Part shown: piece after piece, positions 28,151 to 43,100 of the stretch | How the letters are laid out: each line of letters starts with the position of its first letter | Position numbering within the stretch: position 1 is the stretch's first letter | Made by a program: the position numbers and the translations under genes | Notes under the pieces: generated by a model | The model's input: the letters and a program-made list of their open reading frames with translations, nothing else | What the model was told of the DNA's origin: nothing | The model's database searches: none | From: the human T2T-CHM13v2.0 reference genome, Homo sapiens | DNA length: 64,000 bases | Assembly: GCF_009914755.1 (NCBI RefSeq) | Contig: NC_060948.1 | Direction: 5' to 3' (one strand)

Positions 28151-31100
28151 CAAGCGAAAGGAAAGGAATGGATTGGAATGGAACGGAATTCATTGGAATG
28201 GAAGGGAATGTAGTGTAATGGACAGGCCTGGAATAAAGTGGAATGCTACGGTCTCGAATGGAATAAAAATGTATGGAATGGAATGCAATGAAACGGAATC
28301 GAATGTCATAGAATGTAATGGAATGCAAAAAAATGGACTCCAAAATCATTGACTGGAAAGGCTGGGTGTCGAAAGGAATTGACTCCAATGGAATGGAATC
28401 GAATGGAATGGAAGTGAATAGAATCGAACTAAATCGAATGGAATGGAATTGATAGGAACGGAATGGAAAGGAATGCAATGATTTGGCATGGAATGGAATC
28501 GAATGGCATCGAATGGAATGGAATGGAATGCAATGGAATGGAATGTATTAGAATGTAATGAACTTTAATGGAATGTACTCGAATGGATTCGACTGGAATG
28601 GAATGTTCTGGAAGTGAATGGACTCCAATGGAATGGATTCGAAAGGAATGGAATCTAATGGAATGGAATTAAATGGAAATGAATCAAATTGAATAGAACG
28701 GAATTGAATTGAATGGAATCGAATGCAATGGAATCTAATGAAACGGAAAGGAAAGGAATGGAATGGATTGGAATGGAATGGGCTGGAATGGAATGGAATC
28801 GAAACGAATGGAATGGAATCGAACTGAAGAGACTGGAATGGAATGCACTGGAATGGAAGGGAATGTAATGGAAGGTTCTCGAAAAAAATGGAATCGAAAG
28901 GAATGGAATTGAATGGAACGGAATACAGTCGAATGGAATTCAATGGAATGGAATGGACTAGAGTGAAATGGAATCGAACCACAAGGAATGGACAGGAATA
29001 GAATGGTCTCGAATTGAATGGAATCGTATGATGTGGCATCAAACGGAATGGAATGGACAGCCACGGAATGGAATGGACACCCACGGAATGGAATGCACTC
29101 GAATGCAATGGAGTCGACACTAATGGACTGGAATAGAATGGACTCGACTGGTACGGACTCCAATGGAATGGAATCGAATGGAAGGGAATCGAAAGGAATG
29201 GACTCGAAGGGAAAAGACTGCAATGGAAAGGTCTCGAATGGAATGGAAATTAATGGAATGGAATGGAATCGAATGAAATGGAGTCAAAAGGAATGGAATC
29301 GAATGGCAAGAAATCGAATGTAATGGAATCGCAAGGAATTGATGTGAACGGAACGGAATGGAATGGAATCCAAAGGAATGGAATAGAATGGAATGGAATC
29401 GAATGGAAAGGACTCGAATGGAAATCACTCGAATAGAATGCAATTTAATAAAATAGGATCAAATGTAATGGAATGGAATGGAAAGGAATCGAAATGAAAG
29501 GAATGGAGACAGATGGAATGGAATGGAACAGAGAGCAATGGTATAGAATGGAATGGAATCATCTGGAATGGAATTGAATGGAATGGAATAATATGAAATG
29601 GAATGGAATGGAATGGAATGCCCTTGAATTAAATGGACTGGAATGCAATGGACTCGAACAGAGTGGAATGGAAAGTGTTGAAATAGAATGGAATGGACTC
29701 GTTTGGAATGGTCTAGTATGCAATGCAATCGACTGGCAGGGAATCAAAAGGAATGTAATCGAATGGATTGGACTGGAATGCAATGGACTCGAATAGATTG
29801 GAAGCGGAAAGCAAAGGAATGGAATGGAATAGTATGGAATGGAATGCAAAGGAATGGAGTGGAATAGACTAGAGTGGAATGGAATGGACTCGAAAGCAAT
29901 GGACTGGAATGGAACTTTCTTGAATGGACTGGAATCAAACGGAATGGAATGCAATGCAATCAAATGGCATGGAATAAAATAGAATGAAAGAGAATCAAAT
30001 GGAATTGAATCGAATGGAATCGAATGGATTGGAAAGGAATAGAATGGAATGGAATGGAATTGACTCAAATGGAATGGACTAGAATGGAATGGATTCGAAT
30101 GGAAGGCAAAGGAATGGAATCTATTGGAATGGACTGTAATGGAATGGAATGGAAGGTATTGGAATGGACTCGAATGGAATGCGCTGCAATAGAAAGGATT
30201 CGAATGGAATGAAAAAGAATTGAATGGAATAGAACAGAATGGAATCAAATCGAATGAAATGGAATGGAATAGAAAGGAATGCAATGAAATGGAATGGAAA
30301 GGATTCGAATGGAATGCAATCGAATGGAATGAAATCGAATGGAATGGAATCGAACGGAATGGAATAAAATGGAAGAAAACTGGCAAGAAATGGAGTCGAA
30401 ATGAATGGAGTGTTATGGAACGGACTCAAAAGGAATTGAATGTAATAGAATGGAGTGGAGTGGACTCGAATATAATGGACTGGAGTGGAATGAAATCACA
30501 TGGAATGGGAACGAATGGAATGGAATGGAAAGGAATGGAATCGAATGGAAAGGAATCGAATGGAAGGGAATGAAATTGAATCAACAGGAATGGAAGGGAG
30601 TAGAATAGACGGTAATGGAATGGACTCGAATAGAATGGACACGAATGCTCAAATTGAATGGACTCGAATGGAATGGAAACGAAAGGAATGTCATCGAATG
30701 GAATTGAATCTATTGGAATGAAATCACATAGAATGGAGTGGAATCAAATGGAATTGAATCGAAAGGAAAGGAAGCGAATGGACTGAAATGAAATGGAATG
30801 GAATTGAATGGAAATTAATGCAATGGAATAGAATGGAACGAAATTTCACGGAATGGAATCAAACTGAATGGAATCAAATCAATGGAATATAATCAAATGG
30901 AATGGAAAGGAATTGAATGGAGTAGATTGGATTGGATGGGATTGGAATGAAATGTACTGGAAAGGACTCGAATTTCATGAAACGGAATGGAATGAATTAG
31001 AACGGAATGGACTCGAATGGAATGGAATGTCATGGAATGGCATCAAATGGAATGGAATCGAATGCGATGGAATGCTATGGAATGGAATGGAATGCATTGG

Positions 31101-34100
31101 AATGGAATGTCCTCTAATGGAATGGATTCGAGTGGAATGGAATCGAATATAATGGAGTCTAATGAAATAGAATTGAAAGGAATGGGACCGAATACAATGG
31201 AATATACTGGAATGTAATGTAATGAACTCGAATGTAATTGACTGGAATGGAATGTACATGAATGGAATGTAATCGAATGGAAAGCAATCCAATGGAATAG
31301 AATCTAATGCAATAAAATCGAGTCAAATAGAGTAGAATGTAATGGAATGGAGTGCAGTGCAATGGAATGGAATGGAATGGAATGCAATGGAATGGAATGG
31401 AATGGAATGGGATGGAATGGTATGGAATGGATAGTAATGGACTGGAGTGAAATGGACTGGAAAAGAATGGACTCAAATTGAAAGGGCTCGAAAGGAATGG
31501 AGTCAAATGGAATGGTCTGGAATGGAATGAACACGAATGTAATGCAATCCAATAGAATGGAATCGAATGGCATGGAATATAAAGAAATGGAATCGAAGAG
31601 AATGGAAACAAATGGAATGGAATTGAATGGAATGGAATTGAATGGAATGGGAACGAATGGAGTGAAATTGTATGCAGTAGAAGAGAATAGAATGGAATGC
31701 AAGCGAAAGGAAAGGAATGGATTGGAATGGAATGGAATTCATTGGAATGGAAGGGAATGTAGTGTAATGGACAGGCCTGGAATAAAGTGGAATGCTACGG
31801 TCTCGAATGGAATAAAAATGTATGGAATGGAATGCAATGAAACGGAATCGAATGTCATAGAATGTAATGGAATGCAAAAAAATGGACTCCAAAATCATTG
31901 ACTGGAAAGGCTGGGTGTCGAAAGGAATTGACTCCAATGGAATGGAATCGAATGGAATGGAAGTGAATAGAATCGAACTAAATCGAATGGAATGGAATTG
32001 ATAGGAACGGAATGGAAAGGAATGCAATGATTTGGCATGGAATGGAATCGAATGGCATCGAATGGAATGGAATGGAATGCAATGGAATGGAATGTATTAG
32101 AATGTAATGAACTTTAATGGAATGTACTCGAATGGATTCGACTGGAATGGAATGTTCTCGAAGTGAACGGACTCCAATGGAATGGATTCGAAAGGAATGG
32201 AAACTAATGGAATGGAATTAAACGGAAATGAATCAAATAGAATAGAACGGAATTGAATTGAATGGAATCGAATGCAATGGAATCTAATGAAACGGAAAGG
32301 AATGGAATGGAATGGGTTGGAATGGAATGGATTCGAAACGAATGGAATGGAATCGAACTGAAGAGACTGGAATGGAATGCACTGGAATGGAAGGGAATGT
32401 AATGGAAGGTTCTCGAAAAAAATGGAATCGAAAGGAATGGAATTGAATGGAACGGAATAGAGTCGAATGGAATTCAATGGAATGGAATGGACTAGAGTGA
32501 AATGGAATCGAACCACAAGGAATGGACAGGAATAGAATGGTCTCGAATTGAATGGAATCGTATGGAATGGCATCAAACGGAATGGAATGGACAGCCACGG
32601 AATGGAATGGACACCCACGGAATGGAATGCACTCGAATGCAATGGAGTCGACACTAATGGACTGGAATAGAATGGACTCGACTGGTACGGACTCCAATGG
32701 AATGGAATCGAATGGAAGGGAATCGAACGGAATGGACTCGAAGGGAAAAGACTGCAATGGAATGGTCTCGAATGGAATGGAAATTAATGGAATGGAATGG
32801 AATCGAATGAAATGGAGTCAAAAGGAATGGAATCGAATGGCAAGAAATCGAATGTAATGGAATCGCAAGGAATTGATGTGAACGGAACGGAATGGAATGG
32901 AATCCAAAGGAATGGAATAGAATGGAATGGAATCGAATGGAAAGGACTCGAATGGAAATCACTCGAATAGAATGCAATTTAATAAAATAGGATCAAATGT
33001 AATGGAATGGAATGGAAAGGAATCGAAACGAAAGGAATGGAGACAGATGGAATGGAATGGAACAGAGAGCAATGGTATAGAATGGAATGGAATCATCTGG
33101 AATGGAATTGAATGGAATGGAATAATATGAAATGGAATGGAATGGAATGGAATGCCCTTGAATTAAATGGACTGGAATGCAATGGACTCGAACAGAGTGG
33201 AATGGAAAGTGTTGAAATAGAATGGAATGGACTCGTTTGGAATGGTCTAGTATGCAATGCAATCGACTGGCAGGGAATCAAAAGGAATGTAATCGAATGG
33301 ATTGGACTGGAATGCAATGGATTCGAATAGATTGGAAACGGAAAGCAAAGGAATGGAATGGAATAGTATGGAATGGAATGCAAACGAATGGAGTGGAATA
33401 GACTAGAGTGGAATGGAATGGACTCGAAAGCAATGGACTGGAATGGAACTTTCTTGAATGGACTGGAATCAAACGGAATGGAATGCAATGCAACCAAATG
33501 GCATGGAATAAAATAGAATGAAAGAGAATCAAATGGAATTGAATCGAATGGAATCGAATGGATTGGAAAGGAATAGAATGGAATGGAATGGAATTGACTC
33601 AAATGGAATGGACTAGAATGGAATGGATTCGAATGGAAGGCAAAGGAATGGAATCTATTGGAATGGACTGTAATGGAATGGAATGGAAGGGATTGGAATG
33701 GACTCGAATGGAATGGAGTGCAGTAGAAAGGATTCGAATGGAATGAAAAAGAATTGAATGGAATAGAACAGAATGGAATCAAATCGAATGAAATGGAATG
33801 GAATAGAAAGGAATGGAATGAAATGGAATGGAAAGGATTCGAATGGAATGCAATCGAATGGAATGAAATCGAATGGAATGGAATCGAACGGAATGGAATA
33901 AAATGGAAGAAAACTGGCAAGAAATGGAATCGAAATGAATGGAGTGTTATGGAACGGACTCAAAAGGAATTGAATGTAATAGAATGGAGTGGAGTGGACT
34001 CGAATATAATGGACTAGAATGGAATGAAATCACATGGAATGGGAACGAATGGAATGGAATGGAAAGGAATGGAATCGAATGGAAAGGAATCGAATGGAAG

Positions 34101-37100
34101 GGAATGAAATTGAATCAACAGGAATGGAAGGGAGTAGAATAGACGGTAATGGAATGGACTCGAATAGAATGGACACGAATGCTCAAATTGAATGGACTCG
34201 AATGGAATGGCAACGAAAGGAATGTCATCGAATGGAATTGAATCGATTGGAATGAAATCACATAGAATGGAGTGGAATCAAATGGAATTGAATCGAAAGG
34301 AAAGGAAGCGAATGGACTGAAATGAAATGGAATGGAATTGAATGGAAATTAATGCAATGGAATAGAATGGAACGAAATTTCACGGAATGGAATCAAACTG
34401 AATGGAATCAAATCAATGGAATATAATCAAATGGAATGGAAAGGAATTGAATGGAGTAGATTGGATTGGATGGGATTGGAATGAAATGTACTGGAAAGGA
34501 CTCGAATTTCATGAAACGGAATGGAATGAATTAGAACGGAATGGACTCTAATGGAATGGAATGTCATGGAATGGCATCAAATGGAATGGAATCGAATGCG
34601 ATGGAATGCTATGGAATGGAATGTAATGCATTGGAATGGAATGTCCTCTAATGGAATGTATTCGAGTGGAATGGAATCGAATATAATGGAGTCTAATGAA
34701 ATGGAATTGAAAGGAATGGGACCGAATACAATGGAATATACTGGAATGTAATGTAATGAACTCGAATGTAATTGACTGGAATGGAATGTACATGAATGGA
34801 ATGTAATCGAATGGAAAGCAATCCAATGGAATAGAATCTAATGCAATAAAATCGACTCAAATAGAGTAGAATGTAATGGAATGGAGTACAGTGCAATGGA
34901 ATGGAATGGAATGGAATGCAATGGAATGGAATGGAATGGAATGGGATGGAATGGTATGGAATGGATAGTAATGGACTGGAGTGAAATGGACTGGAAAAGA
35001 ATGGACTCAAATTGAAAGGGCTCGAAAGGAATGGAGTCAAATGGAATGGTCTGGAATGGAATGAACACGAATGTAATGCAATCCAATAGAATGGAATCGA
35101 ATGGCATGGAATATAAAGAAATGGAATCGAAGAGAATGGAAACAAATGGAATGGAATTGAATGGAATGGAATTGAATGGAATGGGAACGAATGGAGTGAA
35201 ATTGTATGCAGTAGAAGAGAATAGAATGGAATGCAAGCGAAAGGAAAGGAATGGATTGGAATGGAACGGAATTCATTGGAATGGAAGGGAATGTAGTGTA
35301 ATGGACAGGCCTGGAATAAAGTGGAATGCTACGGTCTCGAATGGAATAAAAATGTATGGAATGGAATGCAATGAAACGGAATCGAATGTCATAGAATGTA
35401 ATGGAATGCAAAAAAATGGACTCCAAAATCATTGACTGGAAAGGCTGGGTGTCGAAAGGAATTGACTCCAATGGAATGGAATCGAATGGAATGGAAGTGA
35501 ATAGAATCGAACTAAATCGAATGGAATGGAATTGATAGGAACGGAATGGAAAGGAATGCAATGATTTGGCATGGAATGGAATCGAATGGCATCGAATGGA
35601 ATGGAATGGAATGCAATGGAATGGAATGTATTAGAATGTAATGAACTTTAATGGAATGTACTCGAATGGATTCGACTGGAATGGAATGTTCTGGAAGTGA
35701 ATGGACTCCAATGGAATGGATTCGAAAGGAATGGAATCTAATGGAATGGAATTAAATGGAAATGAATCAAATTGAATAGAACGGAATTGAATTGAATGGA
35801 ATCGAATGCAATGGAATCTAATGAAACGGAAAGGAAAGGAATGGAATGGATTGGAATGGAATGGGCTGGAATGGAATGGAATCGAAACGAATGGAATGGA
35901 ATCGAACTGAAGAGACTGGAATGGAATGCACTGGAATGGAAGGGAATGTAATGGAAGGTTCTCGAAAAAAATGGAATCGAAAGGAATGGAATTGAATGGA
36001 ACGGAATAGAGTCGAATGGAATTCAATGGAATGGAATGGACTAGAGTGAAATGGAATCGAACCACAAGGAATGGACAGGAATAGAATGGTCTCGAATTGA
36101 ATGGAATCGTATGATGTGGCATCAAACGGAATGGAATGGACAGCCACGGAATGGAATGGACACCCACGGAATGGAATGCACTCGAATGCAATGGAGTCGA
36201 CACTAATGGACTGGAATAGAATGGACTCGACTGGTACGGACTCCAATGGAATGGAATCGAATGGAAGGGAATCGAAAGGAATGGACTCGAAGGGAAAAGA
36301 CTGCAATGGAAAGGTCTCGAATGGAATGGAAATTAATGGAATGGAATGGAATCGAATGAAATGGAGTCAAAAGGAATGGAATCGAATGGCAAGAAATCGA
36401 ATGTAATGGAATCGCAAGGAATTGATGTGAACGGAACGGAATGGAATGGAATCCAAAGGAATGGAATAGAATGGAATGGAATCGAATGGAAAGGACTCGA
36501 ATGGAAATCACTCGAATAGAATGCAATTTAATAAAATAGGATCAAATGTAATGGAATGGAATGGAAAGGAATCGAAATGAAAGGAATGGAGACAGATGGA
36601 ATGGAATGGAACAGAGAGCAATGGTATAGAATGGAATGGAATCATCTGGAATGGAATTGAATGGAATGGAATAATATGAAATGGAATGGAATGGAATGGA
36701 ATGCCCTTGAATTAAATGGACTGGAATGCAATGGACTCGAACAGAGTGGAATGGAAAGTGTTGAAATAGAATGGAATGGACTCGTTTGGAATGGTCTAGT
36801 ATGCAATGCAATCGACTGGCAGGGAATCAAAAGGAATGTAATCGAATGGATTGGACTGGAATGCAATGGACTCGAATAGATTGGAAGCGGAAAGCAAAGG
36901 AATGGAATGGAATAGTATGGAATGGAATGCAAAGGAATGGAGTGGAATAGACTAGAGTGGAATGGAATGGACTCGAAAGCAATGGACTGGAATGGAACTT
37001 TCTTGAATGGACTGGAATCAAACGGAATGGAATGCAATGCAATCAAATGGCATGGAATAAAATAGAATGAAAGAGAATCAAATGGAATTGAATCGAATGG

Positions 37101-40100
37101 AATCGAATGGATTGGAAAGGAATAGAATGGAATGGAATGGAATTGACTCAAATGGAATGGACTAGAATGGAATGGATTCGAATGGAAGGCAAAGGAATGG
37201 AATCTATTGGAATGGACTGTAATGGAATGGAATGGAAGGTATTGGAATGGACTCGAATGGAATGCGCTGCAATAGAAAGGATTCGAATGGAATGAAAAAG
37301 AATTGAATGGAATAGAACAGAATGGAATCAAATCGAATGAAATGGAATGGAATAGAAAGGAATGCAATGAAATGGAATGGAAAGGATTCGAATGGAATGC
37401 AATCGAATGGAATGAAATCGAATGGAATGGAATCGAACGGAATGGAATAAAATGGAAGAAAACTGGCAAGAAATGGAGTCGAAATGAATGGAGTGTTATG
37501 GAACGGACTCAAAAGGAATTGAATGTAATAGAATGGAGTGGAGTGGACTCGAATATAATGGACTGGAGTGGAATGAAATCACATGGAATGGGAACGAATG
37601 GAATGGAATGGAAAGGAATGGAATCGAATGGAAAGGAATCGAATGGAAGGGAATGAAATTGAATCAACAGGAATGGAAGGGAGTAGAATAGACGGTAATG
37701 GAATGGACTCGAATAGAATGGACACGAATGCTCAAATTGAATGGACTCGAATGGAATGGAAACGAAAGGAATGTCATCGAATGGAATTGAATCGATTGGA
37801 ATGAAATCACATAGAATGGAGTGGAATCAAATGGAATTGAATCGAAAGGAAAGGAAGCGAATGGACTGAAATGAAATGGAATGGAATTGAATGGAAATTA
37901 ATGCAATGGAATAGAATGGAACGAAATTTCACGGAATGGAATCAAACTGAATGGAATCAAATCAATGGAATATAATCAAATGGAATGGAAAGGAATTGAA
38001 TGGAGTAGATTGGATTGGATGGGATTGGAATGAAATGTACTGGAAAGGACTCGAATTTCATGAAACGGAATGGAATGAATTAGAACGGAATGGACTCGAA
38101 TGGAATGGAATGTCATGGAATGGCATCAAATGGAATGGAATCGAATGCGATGGAATGCTATGGAATGGAATGGAATGCATTGGAATGGAATGTCCTCTAA
38201 TGGAATGGATTCGAGTGGAATGGAATCGAATATAATGGAGTCTAATGAAATAGAATTGAAAGGAATGGGACCGAATACAATGGAATATACTGGAATGTAA
38301 TGTAATGAACTCGAATGTAATTGACTGGAATGGAATGTACATGAATGGAATGTAATCGAATGGAAAGCAATCCAATGGAATAGAATCTAATGCAATAAAA
38401 TCGAGTCAAATAGAGTAGAATGTAATGGAATGGAGTGCAGTGCAATGGAATGGAATGGAATGGAATGCAATGGAATGGAATGGAATGGAATGGGATGGAA
38501 TGGTATGGAATGGATAGTAATGGACTGGAGTGAAATGGACTGGAAAAGAATGGACTCAAATTGAAAGGGCTCGAAAGGAATGGAGTCAAATGGAATGGTC
38601 TGGAATGGAATGAACACGAATGTAATGCAATCCAATAGAATGGAATCGAATGGCATGGAATATAAAGAAATGGAATCGAAGAGAATGGAAACAAATGGAA
38701 TGGAATTGAATGGAATGGAATTGAATGGAATGGGAACGAATGGAGTGAAATTGTATGCAGTAGAAGAGAATAGAATGGAATGCAAGCGAAAGGAAAGGAA
38801 TGGATTGGAATGGAATGGAATTCATTGGAATGGAAGGGAATGTAGTGTAATGGACAGGCCTGGAATAAAGTGGAATGCTACGGTCTCGAATGGAATAAAA
38901 ATGTATGGAATGGAATGCAATGAAACGGAATCGAATGTCATAGAATGTAATGGAATGCAAAAAAATGGACTCCAAAATCATTGACTGGAAAGGCTGGGTG
39001 TCGAAAGGAATTGACTCCAATGGAATGGAATCGAATGGAATGGAAGTGAATAGAATCGAACTAAATCGAATGGAATGGAATTGATAGGAACGGAATGGAA
39101 AGGAATGCAATGATTTGGCATGGAATGGAATCGAATGGCATCGAATGGAATGGAATGGAATGCAATGGAATGGAATGTATTAGAATGTAATGAACTTTAA
39201 TGGAATGTACTCGAATGGATTCGACTGGAATGGAATGTTCTCGAAGTGAACGGACTCCAATGGAATGGATTCGAAAGGAATGGAAACTAATGGAATGGAA
39301 TTAAACGGAAATGAATCAAATAGAATAGAACGGAATTGAATTGAATGGAATCGAATGCAATGGAATCTAATGAAACGGAAAGGAATGGAATGGAATGGGT
39401 TGGAATGGAATGGAATCGAAACGAATGGAATGGAATCGAACTGAAGAGACTGGAATGGAATGCACTGGAATGGAAGGGAATGTAATGGAAGGTTCTCGAA
39501 AAAAATGGAATCGAAAGGAATGGAATTGAATGGAACGGAATAGAGTCGAATGGAATTCAATGGAATGGAATGGACTAGAGTGAAATGGAATCGAACCACA
39601 AGGAATGGACAGGAATAGAATGGTCTCGAATTGAATGGAATCGTATGGAATGGCATCAAACGGAATGGAATGGACAGCCACGGAATGGAATGGACACCCA
39701 CGGAATGGAATGCACTCGAATGCAATGGAGTCGACACTAATGGACTGGAATAGAATGGACTCGACTGGTACGGACTCCAATGGAATGGAATCGAATGGAA
39801 GGGAATCGAACGGAATGGACTCGAAGGGAAAAGACTGCAATGGAATGGTCTCGAATGGAATGGAAATTAATGGAATGGAATGGAATCGAATGAAATGGAG
39901 TCAAAAGGAATGGAATCGAATGGCAAGAAATCGAATGTAATGGAATCGCAAGGAATTGATGTGAACGGAACGGAATGGAATGGAATCCAAAGGAATGGAA
40001 TAGAATGGAATGGAATCGAATGGAAAGGACTCGAATGGAAATCACTCGAATAGAATGCAATTTAATAAAATAGGATCAAATGTAATGGAATGGAATGGAA

Positions 40101-43100
40101 AGGAATCGAAACGAAAGGAATGGAGACAGATGGAATGGAATGGAACAGAGAGCAATGGTATAGAATGGAATGGAATCATCTGGAATGGAATTGAATGGAA
40201 TGGAATAATATGAAATGGAATGGAATGGAATGGAATGCCCTTGAATTAAATGGACTGGAATGGAATGGACTCGAACAGAGTGGAATGGAAAGTGTTGAAA
40301 TAGAATGGAATGGACTCGTTTGGAATGGTCTAGTATGCAATGCAATCGACTGGCAGGGAATCAAAAGGAATGTAATCGAATGGATTGGACTGGAATGCAA
40401 TGGATTAGAATAGATTGGAAACGGAAAGCAAAGGAATGGAATGGAATAGTATGGAATGGAATGCAAACGAATGGAGTGGAATAGACTAGAGTGGAATGGA
40501 ATGGACTCGAAAGCAATGGACTGGAATGGAACTTTCTTGAATGGACTGGAATCAAACGGAATGGAATGCAATGCAACCAAATGGCATGGAATAAAATAGA
40601 ATGAAAGAGAATCAAATGGAATTGAATCGAATGGAATCGAATGGATTGGAAAGGAATAGAATGGAATGGAATGGAATTGACTCAAATGGAATGGACTAGA
40701 ATGGAATGGATTCGAATGGAAGGCAAAGGAATGGAATCTATTGGAATGGACTGTAATGGAATGGAATGGAAGGGATTGGAATGGACTCGAATGGAATGGA
40801 CTGCAGTAGAAAGGATTCGAATGGAATGAAAAAGAATTGAATGGAATAGAACAGAATGGAATCAAATCGAATGAAATGGAATGGAATAGAAAGGAATGGA
40901 ATGAAATGGAATGGAAAGGATTCGAATGGAATGCAATCGAATGGAATGCAATCGAATGGAATGGAATCGAACGGAATGGAATAAAATGGAAGAAAACTGG
41001 CAAGAAATGGAATCGAAATGAATGGAGTGTTATGGAACGGACTCAAAAGGAATTGAATGTAATAGAATGGAGTGGAGTGGACTCGAATATAATGGACTGG
41101 AATGGAATGAAATCACATGGAATGGGAACGAATGGAATGGAATGGAAAGGAATGGAATCGAATGCAAAGGAATCGAATGGAAGGGAATGAAATTGAATCA
41201 ACAGGAATGGAAGGGAGTAGAATAGACGGTAATGGAATTGACTCGAATAGAATGGACACGAATGCTCAAATTGAATGGACTCGAATGGAATGGCAACGAA
41301 AGGAATGTCATCGAATGGAATTGAATCGATTGGAATGAAATCACATAGAATGGAGTGGAATCAAATGGAATTGAATCGAAAGGAAAGGAAGCGAATGGAC
41401 TGAAATGAAATGGAATGGAATTGAATGGAAATTAATTCAATGGAATAGAATGGAACGAAATTTCACGGAATGGAATCAAACTGAATGGAATCAAATCAAT
41501 GGAATATAATCAAATGGAATGGAAAGGAATTGAATGGAGTAGATTGAATTGGATGGGATTGGAATGAAATGTACTGGAAAGGACTCGAATTTCATGAAAC
41601 GGAATGGAATGAATTAGAACGGAATGGACTCGAATGGAATGGAATGTCATGGAATGGCATCAAATGGAATGGAATCGAATGCGATGGAATGCTATGGAAT
41701 AGAATGGAATGCATTGGAATGGAATGTCCTCTAATGGAATGTATTCGAGTGGAATGGAATCGAATATAATGGAGTCTAATGAAATGGAATTGAAAGGAAT
41801 GGGACCGAATACAATGGAATATACTGGAATGTAATGTAATGAAGTCGAATGTAATTGACTGGAATGGAATGTACATGAATGGAATGTAATCGAATGGAAA
41901 GCAATCCAATGGAATAGAATCTAATGCAATAAAATCGACTCAAATAGAGTAGAATGTAATGGAATGGAGTGCAGTGCAATGGAATGGAATGGAATGGAAT
42001 GCAATGGAATGGAATGGAATGGAATGGGATGGAATGGTATGGAATGGATAGTAATGGACTGGAGTGAAATGGACTGGAAAAGAATGGACTCAAATTGAAA
42101 GGGCTCGAAAGGAATGGAGTCAAATGGAATGGTCTGGAATGGAATGAACACGAATGTAATGCAATCCAATAGAATGGAATCGAATGGCATGGAATATAAA
42201 GAAATGGAATCGAAGAGAATGGAAACAAATGGAATGGAATTGAATGGAATGGAATTGAATGGAATGGGAACGAATGGAGTGAAATTGTATGCAGTAGAAG
42301 AGAATAGAATGGAATGCAAGCGAAAGGAAAGGAATGGATTGGAATGGAATGGAATTCATTGGAATGGAAGGGAATGTAGTGTAATGGACAGGCCTGGAAT
42401 AAAGTGGAATGCTACGGTCTCGAATGGAATAAAAATATATGGAACGGAATGCAATGAAACGGAATCGAATGTCATAGAATGTAATGGAATGCAAAAAAAT
42501 GGACTCCAAAATCATTGACTGGAAAGGCTGGGTGTCGAAAGGAATTGACTCCAATGGAATGGAATCGAATGGAATGGAAGTGAATAGAATCGAACTAAAT
42601 CGAATGGAATGGAATTGATAGGAACGGAATGGAAAGGAATGCAATGATTTGGCATGGAATGGAATCGAATGGCATCGAATGGAATGGAATGGAATGCAAT
42701 GGAATGGAATGTATTAGAATGTAATGAACTTTAATGGAATGTACTCGAATGGATTCGACTGGAATGGAATGTTCTGGAAGTGAATGGACTCCAATGGAAT
42801 GGATTCGAAAGGAATGGAATCTAATGGAATGGAATTAAATGGAAATGAATCAAATTGAATAGAACGGAATTGAATTGAATGGAATCGAATGCAATGGAAT
42901 CTAATGAAACGGAAAGGAAAGGAATGGAATGGATTGGAATGGAATGGGCTGGAATGGAATGGAATCGAAACGAATGGAATGGAATCGAACTGAAGAGACT
43001 GGAATGGAATGCACTGGAATGGAAGGGAATGTAATGGAAGGTTCTCGAAAAAAATGGAATCGAAAGGAATGGAATTGAATGGAACGGAATACAGTCGAAT